Assembly (NCBI RefSeq): GCF_018350175.1
Contig: NC_058368.1
Coordinates: forward strand, 124,001-188,000
Direction of reading: 5' to 3'
Length of the DNA: 64,000 bases
From: Felis catus
Lineage: Eukaryota
Positions 49,033 to 60,432 of this stretch are shown here, piece after piece. The notes below the pieces were generated by a model. That model saw nothing but the letters and a program-made list of their open reading frames with translations. It was not told the origin of the DNA and made no database searches. Position numbers and translations under genes: made by a program. Each line of letters opens with the position of its first letter. Position 1 is the first letter of the stretch.

Positions 49033-52000
49033 TCAAGCAGACTCAGGCTCCAGCTGCTTGAGTTTTTCCTGGAGCCCCCGGAGCTGGCTTCGACCCCAGT
49101 CAATGCGGATCTGAAGGGTGGCCATGTCTGCAGCCAGCTGCAGGCCTAAATGAAGAGATACGATTGTCACCATGGTATCTGTGATGTGACACATGACTTA
49201 GGGGACATCCCCAGGGACTGGAAAGGCTCCAGAACTCTGGCCTCCATGCTATTCCTAAAATATTCCAGGAAGAGCCTTGCATTGGCTACTTCAGAACTTC
49301 ACTAGACACACAAAATTCTACCTCTTCAACAGACCTCCTTGACCCCCTTACTATCACCCATCAAGAACTAAAAATTCACAGATCATAACACTGTTGCATG
49401 CCCTCATTTCCTTCCTTCTTTCTTTCATTATCACAGTACTTCACTGTTCTCTCCTCTATCTGTATTCTCTGCCTCCAAGAGTGCTCCACATCCTGGATCC
49501 ACATCGAGGTGGCTTTTGCCTGACGCCTCTATTGAGTCATCTGGGTCCTCCATGCTGCCTAGTCCACTGGCCAGTTCAGTCTTCAGCCTACCTGCCTAAC
49601 AGCAGAGCTGGCCATGCATCTGATCACCTCTCTCCAGGAAGCACTTTCTCTTCTTTTCTTCTGGGGTCCCTTACCCTCTGGGTGATGCTCCTGCCTCACC
49701 ACTGCTTCTCAGTCTCCTCATCTGGTTTCTCCCCTATCTCTTCCCATCTCCTCTCCACACTCCAAGGCCCTCTGCTGATCTCAGCTTTAATGCCGTGTGT
49801 CAGCAGCTTGAGAATTTAAACACCAGTGTCATGCAGTGGGCTCCCAAATCACTCTTTCAAGGCCAGGTCTCTTCCAGACTCCAGACTGCATGTGCCCAGA
49901 CACCTGATCAAAGTCTCCACCACCCAGCACTGGGAACATACTCACACCCAACTCCTGACTTTACCCTTGGCTGCAACTCTGCAGCCCTCTCACAACAGGT
50001 GAGGGCAGCTTCAGTTCCCCAGGTGGTCTGGCTCAGGTGGAATCCCCAGGTGGAATCTAGGGGCTCATTCTTCACTCCTTTCCTTACTCTCAAATTGATC
50101 TATCAGCAAATCCTATGGCTTTTACTCTCAAAACATACAGGTTCCCACCACTTACCCCCTCCTTCACAGCCTTCACCTGTATCTCAAGCATGGCTGCTCC
50201 CTGGCACCTGCTTCCTCCCTTTGCTCTTGTCTTTTCCCACCCAGTACCCACAACTTTCCTACCACTCTGTGGGTCCAGTGCACCTCCCTCTGTTCAGAGC
50301 CAAAGTCCTCATCAGGGTCTACACAGCCTCAAATCACCTGGCCCAGCCCCCCTCTGACCTCAGCTCCTGGCATTACCCCCTGCATTAATTCCACTCCAAC
50401 CTATTGGCTTCCTCTCTGCCATCTCAAACACCATCTCATCTCAAAGCATTTGCCCTGGCTAATACTTCTGCCAACAACACTAATCCCCCAGATCATCCAG
50501 AAAGTTCTCTCCATCTCTTCAGAGAAGCCTTTCCAGACCACCCTTCATAAAATAACTCCTCTAGCCCACTCCTGTCCAACTCCATCCACTGTACCCTATC
50601 TTATTTTTTCATAACAATCCCCTACCTGGTATTATGTATAGGGCTTACTTATTTACTTGCATGTTCTCTTTCTCCCCTCAACAGAATAAACATTCCATGA
50701 GGGGTGTTTATCCCTTTTGTTTCCTGCTGTATCCCCAGCACCTAGCATGGGCCTGGAACACTACCAACAGCCCGTAAATGCTTTTTGAAAAAACAGCAGG
50801 TGTACAACAAAAGTCTGCTGGAGAAAACCTGGAAAATCCTTTGCAGATTAAGCCCAGCTGTGGCATGGCATTAGTGCTCAAGTCCTTCCAGGAGATAGAG
50901 GATCCACTCACCCTCCCGGAAGCTGGCTTGGGCCTGCCGTAGACTGTGAGGAACCAGGATTCCAAACCAGTTCAGAGGGTCCCGGAGGGCTGGGAAGGAC
51001 TCTGGCTCTGGGGTTCTGGTGAGACCCTTGCGTCTTCGCAAAGCTGGGTAAAGAAAGACTGGAGGTTGGGGGTTTCATTAAGTATTCCTTGTCTTCTCAG
51101 TGACAATGTTGAACTTGATCTGAGCTCATGATCCTGACAAACACCGATGGTTGGAAAATTCCCCCAACCATTTATGTTCCAGAAAGCAGCTTACCATAAA
51201 GAACAACCCTTCCCTTTGTGACTCAGATGAGAGGCCCTGACCACTCTTTCTCAAGACTCTCATAACATCAGCAAATGACTCCCTTGTTAACCTGTGACAG
51301 AACCACACACTGACTTTTCTCATTTGCCTGAACATGCTGAAAGGCCAGACAGAACCTCCAACTCCCCATTCCTCTCATAAGTGACTGCGATTAGAATTTT
51401 GTCCCTCTAAGGTAGTTAGACATATAAACATTTTCTGTCCAACTGACTGAAACCTACCCTGATTGCAAAACTATCACAACTGTAAAGGACCTTATCTAAA
51501 ACTTGTCTACCCTGCTGAGACATTCTGATCCTCCAATCTGGGCCGCTCTCTCCATCGCAACACCCTTAATAAAATCATCTCCTCAATTATCCTGTACATT
51601 TTGTTTTTGACATCGGGAGGGCGCCCAGGCGGGAAGAAGCGGGGGAGGGAGGGGGACCCACCTGCCTCTCGGGGCCCCACCTCCTCTGGAGTCTGGGCGC
51701 TGGCTCTCACCAGCCAGAACCTCTGGAGTCCGTCCTGGGCCTCGCTGAAGAACGAGAAGGTAGGATCGACATTTGGAGGCCCCAGCCTGGACCCCTGCCC
51801 GCCCACCCGCTCCAGCATGCACAGCTCCTCACCTGGTGTAGACGCAGACCTGGGGCTCCATGAGGGAGGCATACTGCAGGGGACCTACCGATTTGGCACC
51901 CATAGAGTAGCGAGCTTTGGAAAGCGAGAGCCAGCCCTGAGATGAGAGGAGAGCGGTGAAACTCAGTTTACCTCCGCATGCCCTCTCGCCCTCCCTCCCC

Positions 52001-52121
52001 AGCCTCCCACCTCCTCCACCCGAGCGTTCAGTGCCGCCCGTTTCGCCTCCAGTTCTTCCAGGTCCTGGAACAGCTGCAGAAGCAGCGAGTCCAACTCCGC
52101 TCGTAGGTCCGGCGCAGCCAT
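49033..52121 (-). CDS. CCDC115: Coiled-coil domain-containing protein 115 (V-ATPase assembly factor VMA22), 180 aa
   Basis: Coding exons 52121-52011, 51936-51833, 51744-51662, 51043-50912 and 49145-49033 are all GT-AG and phase-consistent, totalling 543 nt. The protein [16 protein letters not shown]...[24 protein letters not shown]...[30 protein letters not shown]...LEPESA* matches mammalian CCDC115. Confidence 0.97.
49600..50790 (+). mobile_element. Degenerate LINE-2 in CCDC115 intron 4
   Basis: Pyrimidine-rich L2-like 3' region ending 'ctgctgtatccccagcacctagcatgggcctggaaca...taaatgctttttgaa'. Confidence 0.65.
51107..51612 (+). mobile_element. Solo LTR (MER34A1-like, ERV1) in CCDC115 intron 3
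   Basis: Begins TGTTGAACTTGATCTGAG, ends AATAAAA...TTTTTGACA. Family assignment is from memory. Confidence 0.65.
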
Positions 52122-52896
52122 GGGCCCAAGGAACTGAGGTCTGGAACCAGCCTCTTCCCAGGTCGTCCAATCGCCGTTCGCCATGCCGGCATGACAGCCA
52201 ATAGGCCCCGGAGACCCACCTTCAAGGGGCGTTCCCAGACGTGGGCCTAGTCTCCCGATGTTTAGAGGTAGCAGGGTAGTCGCTTCTAAAGGCAAGCGCG
52301 CCTTGAGCAGCGGCACAAAACTGATTAGTCGGTTTCTCTGAAGTAGGCCAGCCTACCAAACAGTCGGCTAGAATTATGGGTAGTTCTGAGTTCCTTCTGG
52401 CGATGGCTGCATTTTAAAAGTAGGGCTATAGTTGTGGCGATGGACGAGGCAGCCATTTTAAGGGAGGAGGGGTTTCAAATTCCCGGAACCCGGAGGCGAG
52501 CCTCTGGTCTACCGCTGTGCTGCTTTTATAGTTGCTGGGTCATTTAAGGCCGCCAGTTATGAATATTTTAGCAGTTCGTCATCTTAAAATTGGGCATCCT
52601 GCACAGCAGTGACAAGTAGCGAAGCCACACACTGACATCTTTATTAACTGCTATCCTATGGGACAACACTTTGACGCCAGCCTATTGGCTGCTCCAGTGA
52701 GCATGCGCTTCCAGACTGGCCAATCGCCTTGCGACTTCCACCCCACCCTTCACCATCTTAACATTGGGCGCTTCTAGCAGTAGCAGAGTCTAGTGAAGCT
52801 TCTGGCTACCTTCTTGGTTGAGGGCAGAATCGAGGGTGGAGCTGCGCGGGCTGAGCCGGCAGATTCTCCGGGACCCACGTGGAAGCCGCGCTCAGA
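52122..52896. promoter_or_regulatory. Bidirectional promoter shared by CCDC115 and IMP4
   Basis: 775 bp lie between the divergent start codons. CpG-rich flanks, CCAAT boxes (~52167, 52198, ~52684 reverse, 52720), a ZNF143/Staf-like site at 52371-52384 (minus strand ACTACCCATAATTC) and repeated YY1-like CCAT(C/T)TT motifs. Confidence 0.85.
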
Positions 52897-55800
52897 ATGG
52901 TAGGAGGAATGTTTGAGCTCCTGCTTTTGATGTTGGGGGTTCGCGGAGGGCTGGGGATGGTTCCTGGACTTGGGGCGGGTGGCTCTCGGGGCCCGGGCGT
53001 GTGTGGCTAGAAAGAGGTCGACCGGACCCGCTGTTCCCTAGCTGCGTCGTGAGGCCCGCCTTCGCCGGGAGTACCTGTACCGCAAGGCACGCGAGGAGTC
53101 GCAGCGAGCCGCCCAGGAGAAGAAAGAGAAGGTTCGGCGCGCGCTCGAAGGTATGCCTGTCGCCGCCCCTAGGCAGTTCTAAATGTGTCATTATGAAGAC
53201 CATTGGTTTGCATTTTAAAACCCAACGGAATAAAACCCTTTTATTAGCATTTCTTAGTGTGGCTAAGAACACTGGGCCGTTTTCCTTGCCTGTTGGGTCT
53301 CCTGTTGGTTTGCAGATGCCCCTTCCGTGATGGTATGAGTTACTTACATTTGTGCTGCAGTATCCAGATTTTACAGTTTGCCTATTAATTTTGTTTACAG
53401 TGTGTTCTTACCAAATTTAAATTCTTTACGTTGTCCTATAGATATTTTACCTCCGCCCCCACCGCCCTTATTTTTCTTTTTGCTACCTTCAGTACAAGGT
53501 AGCAAGAATATCTCACTGTCTTAGCATTGTTATGATTCCCTTGCTTTTTAAAACTGTTGAATTGCAGAGAACTTAATTTTATTTGAGTTGTTAATTAGGA
53601 TCTAACTTTGCAGTATTTTTTCCACTTTTTTTAAAAAAGTATTTTCTATGCTTTTTATTTGTCATACTAATGAAGAGTGTTACACATGCCTAATGGGAAG
53701 TCCCGTATCCATCCCTATTTTCTTGGTTCTTGTGTGGATGGAACTTTGTTTTCTATTCTGATAGTACTTTAGCTTAATACCTCTAATTATTTAAAAAAAC
53801 TTTTTTTTCAACGTTTTTATTTATTTTTGGGACAGAGAGAGACAGAGCATGAATGGGGGAGGGGCAGAGAGAGAGGGAGACACAGAATCGGAAACAGGCT
53901 CCAGGCTCTGAGCCGTCAGCCCAGAGCCCCACGCGGGGCTCGAACTCACGGACCGCGAGATCGTGACCTGGCTGAAGTCGGACGCTTAACCGACTGCGCC
54001 ACCCAGGCGCCCCGTCCTCTAATTATTTTAAATTCACTTTGACTTTCTTATGGTATAGACAGAAAGTGCATATGTTTTGTATATATATGTTTGCATTAAG
54101 CATTGTGTTAACCACTTGTGACCTATCTGCCCACATTAGAAATTAAAAATGCTCAATATATTGAAATTCAAGAATATTTACCCCAACTCAGATAACCACA
54201 GCATTGAATAGTGTTTGAAAATAAACCGTTTCCTTGTTTTTCTTTGTGCTTATGTCATGCTTGTGTGTATCCCTAAATCATATGGCTCGATTTTTAGTTT
54301 TAAATGTAATTTTTAGGTTGTATGTATTCTTTCACAGCTTTATATTTTCACTCAGCATTGTTTCTAAGATCAGTTGAGTGTAGTGGGGGCTCCCATTTCC
54401 CTGTGCTTGGTATTGAGCTTATTTTTAGTTTGGGGCAGTTAAGAACAGCACTGCTGCTATGAACCTTTTCTTCCATGTGCAAGTATTTCTCCAGGGCATA
54501 TTGGAAAGAAATCTTGGGTCTAAGGACATGTTCATATTCTGTACTTCAGCTCTGCCTACAGCCCAGCCCTTCTGCCAAGTACAGCTTTAGTTCACAGAAG
54601 AAACCTCTGACCCAAAGCATCAAGATTAGCAGTTTGGGGGCACTTGGGTGGCTCAGTCGGATTTAAGCATCCGACTTCAGCTCAGTTCATGATCTCACAG
54701 TTTGTGAGTTCCAGTCCCACCTCAGGCTCTACACTGAGTATGCAGACCCTGCAAGATTAGCAGTTTTGTTATCAGAGGGTTTCAGGATTTCTGGTCCACC
54801 TTTGTACAGAGCACTCTGCATTTATTCTTTAAAAAAATTAGTTTGTTAATTTTTTTCTAATTACAAAAACAGTATATACTCGCGATTAAATATTTTTAGA
54901 AAGCCCTCAAACCATGAAACTCAGGAACAATAAACAACCTGTAACCATTGTTAACGGGTTGGCATGTAAGACAAATTGTTTTGTCTTTCCCTTCCTCCTG
55001 CCAAAAAATCATGAATCTTCTTTCTGCACAGAAAGGAGTAAAAAGGTACTTTTTCATCAAGTCTGTACAGTTTTTGTAAGCCACGGTGTTGTTCAAATGA
55101 AGAATCCATGCTTGTGTCTTACTCAGCCCCTCTGTCTTCCCCCTGCAGAGAACCGCCTGATTCCTACGGAGTTACGCAGGGAGGCTCTGGCCTTACAGGG
55201 ATCCCTGGAGTTTGATGATGCCGGTGGTGAAGGTGAACTTTCCTGACACTGGGCCAGCTTTTCTCCCTGCACTTGAGCCTGCTGGCTTCCATGTCATTCC
55301 TCAGACACCTTGAAGGAAAAGCTCTGCAGCTCCTGCTCCCACAACTCTCCCAAGTGCCCTCATGGCTCTGCACAGATGGCACCTCAGAACAGCTCTTCTT
55401 TACTGCTCCCCATTCCATTTATGTAACACATACAATATTATCCCACTTTCTGTTTTGTCTGTTGTTTCCCTTACTAGAATAGGAACTCTGCCAGGGCAAG
55501 ACAGTGTCCATTTTGTTCACTGCCATGTCCCCAGCTCCTGGTACTTCCTTGGCATCCGCATGTTTCATTCATTGCGTTATTCAACAGATATTAAAGGTAT
55601 CAAAGACATTATAAATTTTTGTTATGAGGGAAAGGAGTCTGTTACCTTTGGCCTAACAATCTGGACTTGTGCTAGTATGGTAGCAACTAACCCTGTGTGA
55701 TAAATATAATTAAAATGAACTAAAATTAAATTCTTTTTAAAAACTTAGTGTCTCAGTCACACTTGTGTTTGTGATCAGTGTGGCTGGGGAGCCACCTTCC

Positions 55801-57087
55801 TGCCCAGTGCAGGTGTGGAGCATTTTCATTGTTGAAGGTGTTACCAGACAGTGTTGCTCTAGACAGATTCACGCTCCCTCAAGTTAGCGTTTTACTTCCC
55901 AAGACGATGTCCTGTTCTTGCCCCTCATGCTCCTGACAGGTGTGACCAACCACATGGATGATGAATATCGATGGGCAGGGGTTGAGGATCCTAAGGTCAT
56001 GATCACTACCTCTCGAGATCCCAGTTCTCGCCTGAAGATGTTTGCAAAGGTACCAGTAGTGGGGAGCAAGTGGGAGATGCTAAGGCACTAGTGGCCCCAG
56101 TCCTAATTGGAGTGTGTTCGTGTGCAGGAGCTAAAGTTGGTGTTCCCGGGTGCCCAGCGCATGAACCGTGGCCGGCATGAGGTGGGGGCGCTGGTGCGAG
56201 CCTGCAAAGCCAATGGGGTCACTGACCTGCTGGTTGTCCATGAGCATCGAGGCACACCTGGTAAGTCTGGTGGGCAGGCACCAAGGTGTCTGCTGGGGTT
56301 GCTGGGGTGACCGTCTGAGAGCAGAGCGGGTCTCTGACGGCCTGCCTGGCCCCGCCAGTGGGGTTCATTGTCAGCCACCTGCCCTTCGGCCCCACTGCTT
56401 ACTTCACACTGTGCAATGTGGTCATGCGGCATGACATCCCTGACCTGGGAACCGTGTCAGAGGCCAAGCCTCACCTCATCATGCATGGCTTCTCCTCCCG
56501 CCTAGGCAAGCGGGTGAGTCTGGGTCCAAAGGGTGAGGGCTGGGGGCAGGGAGTTCCAGGCTGGGCATTTGCCGCTCTCCTTCCCTCTGACCCAGGTCTC
56601 TGACATACTCCGTTACCTGTTCCCTGTGCCCAAAGATGACAGCCACCGGGTTATCACCTTTGCGAACCAAGATGATTATATCTCCTTCCGGTGGGTCCAG
56701 GGGCTGGCCTTAGAATGGTGTCCTGACTTTTGTGTCCCTCTGCTGTTTATTGTTGACCCACATCTGCTCCCTGTCTCCCCTCATCCCTGCCCTGCCTCCC
56801 CTCGCCCCAGGCACCACGTATATAGGAAGACCAACCACCGCAGTGTGGAGCTGACTGAGGTTGGGCCTCGCTTTGAACTGAAGTGTGAGTTTGGGGCTTT
56901 ACTCTACTTCTGGTCAGGGATGGGGAGGGAGTCTGGCAGTATAGATGACAATGTTCCAATCTGCATCCCCCCAGTGTATATGATTCGCCTGGGCACGCTG
57001 GAGCAGGAGGCCACCGCAGATGTGGAGTGGCGCTGGCACCCGTATACCAACACCGCACGCAAGAGGGTCTTTCTGAGTGCTGAGTGA
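52897..57087 (+). CDS. IMP4: U3 snoRNP protein IMP4 (Brix domain), 291 aa
   Basis: Coding exons 52897-52899 (ATG only), 53042-53150, 55149-55232, 55940-56049, 56128-56260, 56359-56513, 56596-56690, 56811-56884 and 56975-57087 are all GT-AG and phase-consistent, totalling 876 nt. The protein reads MLRREARLRREYLYRKAREE...ITTSRDPSSRLKMFAKE...ELTEVGPRFELKLYMIRLGTLEQ...NTARKRVFLSAE*. Confidence 0.98.
53800..54013 (-). mobile_element. Young felid Can-SINE in IMP4 intron 2 with 13-bp TSD
   Basis: Near-consensus copy. CCTCTAATTATTT at 53780-53792 and 54016-54028. Confidence 0.97.
54636..54751 (+). mobile_element. 3'-truncated, tail-less Can-SINE with 15-bp TSD
   Basis: Only the SINE 5' half is present. 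CAAGATTAGCAGTTT at 54621-54635 and 54752-54766. Confidence 0.85.
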
Positions 57088-57141
57088 GCCCACTCACTGA
57101 TCAGGACATAGACCTGGACCCAGGAGGAAGGGAGGGGTCAG

Positions 57142-57147
57142 AATAAA
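57142..57147 (+). terminator. Probable IMP4 polyadenylation signal
   Basis: AATAAA 55 nt after the stop codon, followed by a GT-rich downstream tract (tttgtctctgtgtgg). Confidence 0.75.
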
Positions 57148-57857
57148 GTCTGTGTGCCACACTACCACATTTGTCTCTGTGTGGTCAGGACAAGCCCACT
57201 GTCAGGCTGAATGTGAGGGACAGTGTTCCTGGGGTCCCCTCGGGGGGAACCTGACAGCTCAGGGACATTTTGAGGCCTGGTATTGATATTGTGTGTAGGA
57301 CGAGGCAGGCCCAACCTGCTGGCTTGTACCTTAGCCATAGGGAAGGTTTGGGAGATTTGATGCTGCTGTGACTGGAAAGTCAGAGGCCCTCTGAGAACTC
57401 ATCTCAGACTGGGGATGGACAGTGGTACGGGTTTTACACAGAATGTTTGTGAAGACCCGACAGCATGCACCCAAGCAACAACCTTCGGAGAGAAATCCAT
57501 CACACCACAATGGGGCGGCCTGGGAACAAGTCAGGCAGGGGCATGGAGAGTGGAGAGCTACAGGGTAGCGTGAAGCAGCAGGGGCCATCTGGATGATCCA
57601 TGTAAAGACCCTGAGCTGGACATACTCATGAGGGTCCCAGGAGCAGGAGTGGCCTAGTGGGGGGGGGGGGCTTGAGGGGGACTGGCGATAGGACCTCACG
57701 TGATGTCTGTGGCTTTTGGCTCCACTCGTGAATCCAGAGGCTTCTGGAGCCTCTCACCTTGCCATCCCCTCAGTTCATGAAGAATATGCCACTAAAATTT
57801 TTGTGTAAGTTACAGAAATTCCAAAATATATACAAAGCAGAGTAGTATAATATTTTA

Positions 57858-58145
57858 TGTTAGTTTCCAGGGGCTGCTGTCACAAATTGCCATAAACTGG
57901 GTGGCTTAAAACAACAAATTCATTTAAATTCTGGAGACCAGAAGTCAGATTAAGGTGTTGGTTGTATTCTCAACCCCTCCTCCGTTACTTGCCTCTTCCA
58001 GCTTCTGGTGGCTGCCAACAATCCTTAGTGTTCTTTGGCATGTGATTGCAGCATTGTGGTTTCTGCCTTTGTCTTCACATGATCTCTACTGTCTGTGTCC
58101 TTTGTGTGTCTTTTATACGGACACTTGTCATTGGATTTATAGCCC
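57858..58145. mobile_element. MaLR LTR (MLT1-like) fragment
   Basis: Matches the remembered pattern 'ttagtttccaggggctgctgtcacaaattgccataaactgggtggcttaaaacaac...cttgcctcttccagcttctggtggctgcc...ggacacttgtcattggattta'. Confidence 0.7.
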
Positions 58146-58160
58146 ATGAGAAAATCAAGG

Positions 58161-58350
58161 TTTTTTTTAACATTTATTTTTGAGAGAGAGAGAAAGAGCG
58201 TGAGTTGGGGAAGGGCAGAGAGAGAGACACATCCGGAGCAGCTCCAGGCTCAGCTGTCAGCACAGAGCCCGATGTGGGGCTCGAACCCACAAGCCATGAG
58301 ATCATGACCTGAAGTCCGACGCTTAACCGACTGAGCCACCCAGGTGCTCC
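58161..58350 (-). mobile_element. Can-SINE
   Basis: The minus strand begins GGAGCACCTGGGTGGCTCAGTCGGTTAAGCGTC. Confidence 0.9.
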
Positions 58351-59984
58351 TTATTTTTTAATAGCACGGAAGTCTCACTTAGAACAGCCGCCTTTGTGCT
58401 GGGGGCCAATTTTCAGCCAGGGACAGGCAGAAAATAAGATGCGAAGTATTTAGTATTCCCTTCATTGTGAGTTCTTCTGTGCTAAAATTAGCCTTCAAGT
58501 GTAATTGTTTCAAGTTCCTGAGAAAATCCACACAGGCTCACTGGTAGTGGAGGGCTTTCGACCACTGGGTGTGTGTTTTGCTTATCAGCTGCATTCAGCC
58601 ATTGGGATGAGTGGTATAAATGTTAACTTTTGTAATGTTAAGTATCCAAGTTAATGGAGGATACTCAGTAAGCAGGGAGGCATCCTCCTCCGGCCTGCCA
58701 TGTCTGCAAGAGGTACAGGGAGATACAGAAAACAGGAAGGGCAGGAGCCCCACACCTACTGAAGGTGAGGCATGAGGACACGCAGTTGTTTGAATGGCAC
58801 CCCCTCCCGCCCCCCTCCCCCCCCCCCCCAGTATGGCCACAGCCTAATTCTTGGTGCCTGTGAATATGACCTTATTTGGGGAAAAAAAGGTCTTTGCAGA
58901 TGGGGGGATAATCAAGTTAATGTTAAGTCCTGTTTTCCCTGGAAAAACATACTGTGCTGGTGGAAGAACCTGTGAGTAAAGTCTTTTCAGATGGCAGTTT
59001 GGTAGGTTTCTTAGCATTTAAAATGTGGTTCTACTTCTTGAGTCACCATGCTAGGGTCAAAAATAGTCCCTGTGATGCTGCTGAGGACAGTTTAGGCCTG
59101 AATGTTAGGCATGGACAGCTTTACCTGGATGTTTGACCAGGGGAGCTTGTAAAGTTTGTCAATAAAATAACAGTAGTTAAAATAAAGCAAGAGACGAGTT
59201 AGGGGAAACGTCCACTCTAGCACTTGTGTATTGCACAGATAATATCTGAGGACTCAGGGAGCCTTCAATTTGAGGCATGGTACAGCAATTAAAGGGATAT
59301 TTGTGCATCTTTTGTTTGACTTTTCTAGAAAATCAGTTAATAAATTATACAGTTTTGAAATATGAAGGACAAGAGAGGAGGCAGAAGTGGGTGTGGGCTT
59401 TTGGTGCCTACCATTTGGAGCATCTGTCCTGGCCAGGGAGCAGTGGCCCAGGGAGAACAGAGGGCTGTTGGGCTCAGGAAACGCCCTGTTTCATGTCTGC
59501 AACTGATCTTCATGTTCTAGTATTCTTCTCAATATTCAGAAATAATAACGTGGGGAATCCAAGTCAAGGGCATGAGAGATCCGTGCTCTGTTTTTGTAAC
59601 TTTTATATATAAACGTGACATTTCAAAAGTAGAAGTTTTAAAGGAATTATTGCTAATCTTATTGAATGACAATATTGGAGTTCCTTTAGAAAATGTTTCA
59701 TTAGTTTTTAGAGACATCGTGAAGTATTTGGAGGTGAAATATCAGCTCCATAACTTGCTTGAAAATGCTTCAGGAGAGGGGAGGAAAGTAGCTAAAACAA
59801 AATACTAATTGTCATATTTAGCAGAGGGTTTGTAACATTCTTTCTAATTTGTTGTATGTTTCAAATTTTTCACAGTAAAGGCTTAAAAGGAAAATAATTA
59901 AAAATGCCTTCTGTTGTTATTTAAAGCATATTTTTAAGTTACTGAAAAGCTTCAAGCAAAAAAATTGAGGTGTGAAAATAAAAG

Positions 59985-60432
59985 GTAACTTCAGATACAG
60001 TGAGGTTAATAGGCCAGCAGGGGGTGTTCTCACCCCCAACCATTCCTTGTTAACTGCAGACCCAACTGGAAGAAAAACCTTTTAAGTCCCTTGCTACTTT
60101 AGCTGCTGGTTTGCTATTTCCCACCATTCTCTTGCAGGAGAAAGGTTTTCTACTACCCTGGCAACAGCCCAGCCAATGAGAGACAGTCACAGCTCAGCCA
60201 ATGAAAAGCCACTATACTTTGAACTCCCAGTTTATTTGCATGGACTTTTTGTTTAGAACACCCCTCCCAACTTCCCATTTTCCTCTATAAAAGAGCATTC
60301 CATTCCTCTCCTTTGTTCTCTGGACTTTCCTATGGTTTTGCCCAATCGTGCTTGTCTTGGATTACAGTTCCCTACTATTCCCAGATAAACCCATTTTTTG
60401 TTGGTAAATAACTGGCAGTTTTAAAGTTACCA
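59985..60432 (+). mobile_element. Solo LTR (ERV1-like) with intact promoter motifs
   Basis: Short inverted termini (GTAAC...GTTAC(CA)) flanked by AAAG on both sides. CCAAT at 60173 and 60198, ATTTGCAT at 60234-60241, TATAAAAG at 60286. Confidence 0.6.

Noticed and set aside
49394..50388. ORFs of 141 and 197 aa antisense within CCDC115 intron 4
   Set aside because: They start at non-ATG codons, overlap pyrimidine-rich L2-derived sequence and resemble no known protein.
52897..52899. ATG-only first coding exon of IMP4 as a novelty
   Set aside because: This arrangement is common in housekeeping genes and fits the known IMP4 N-terminus.
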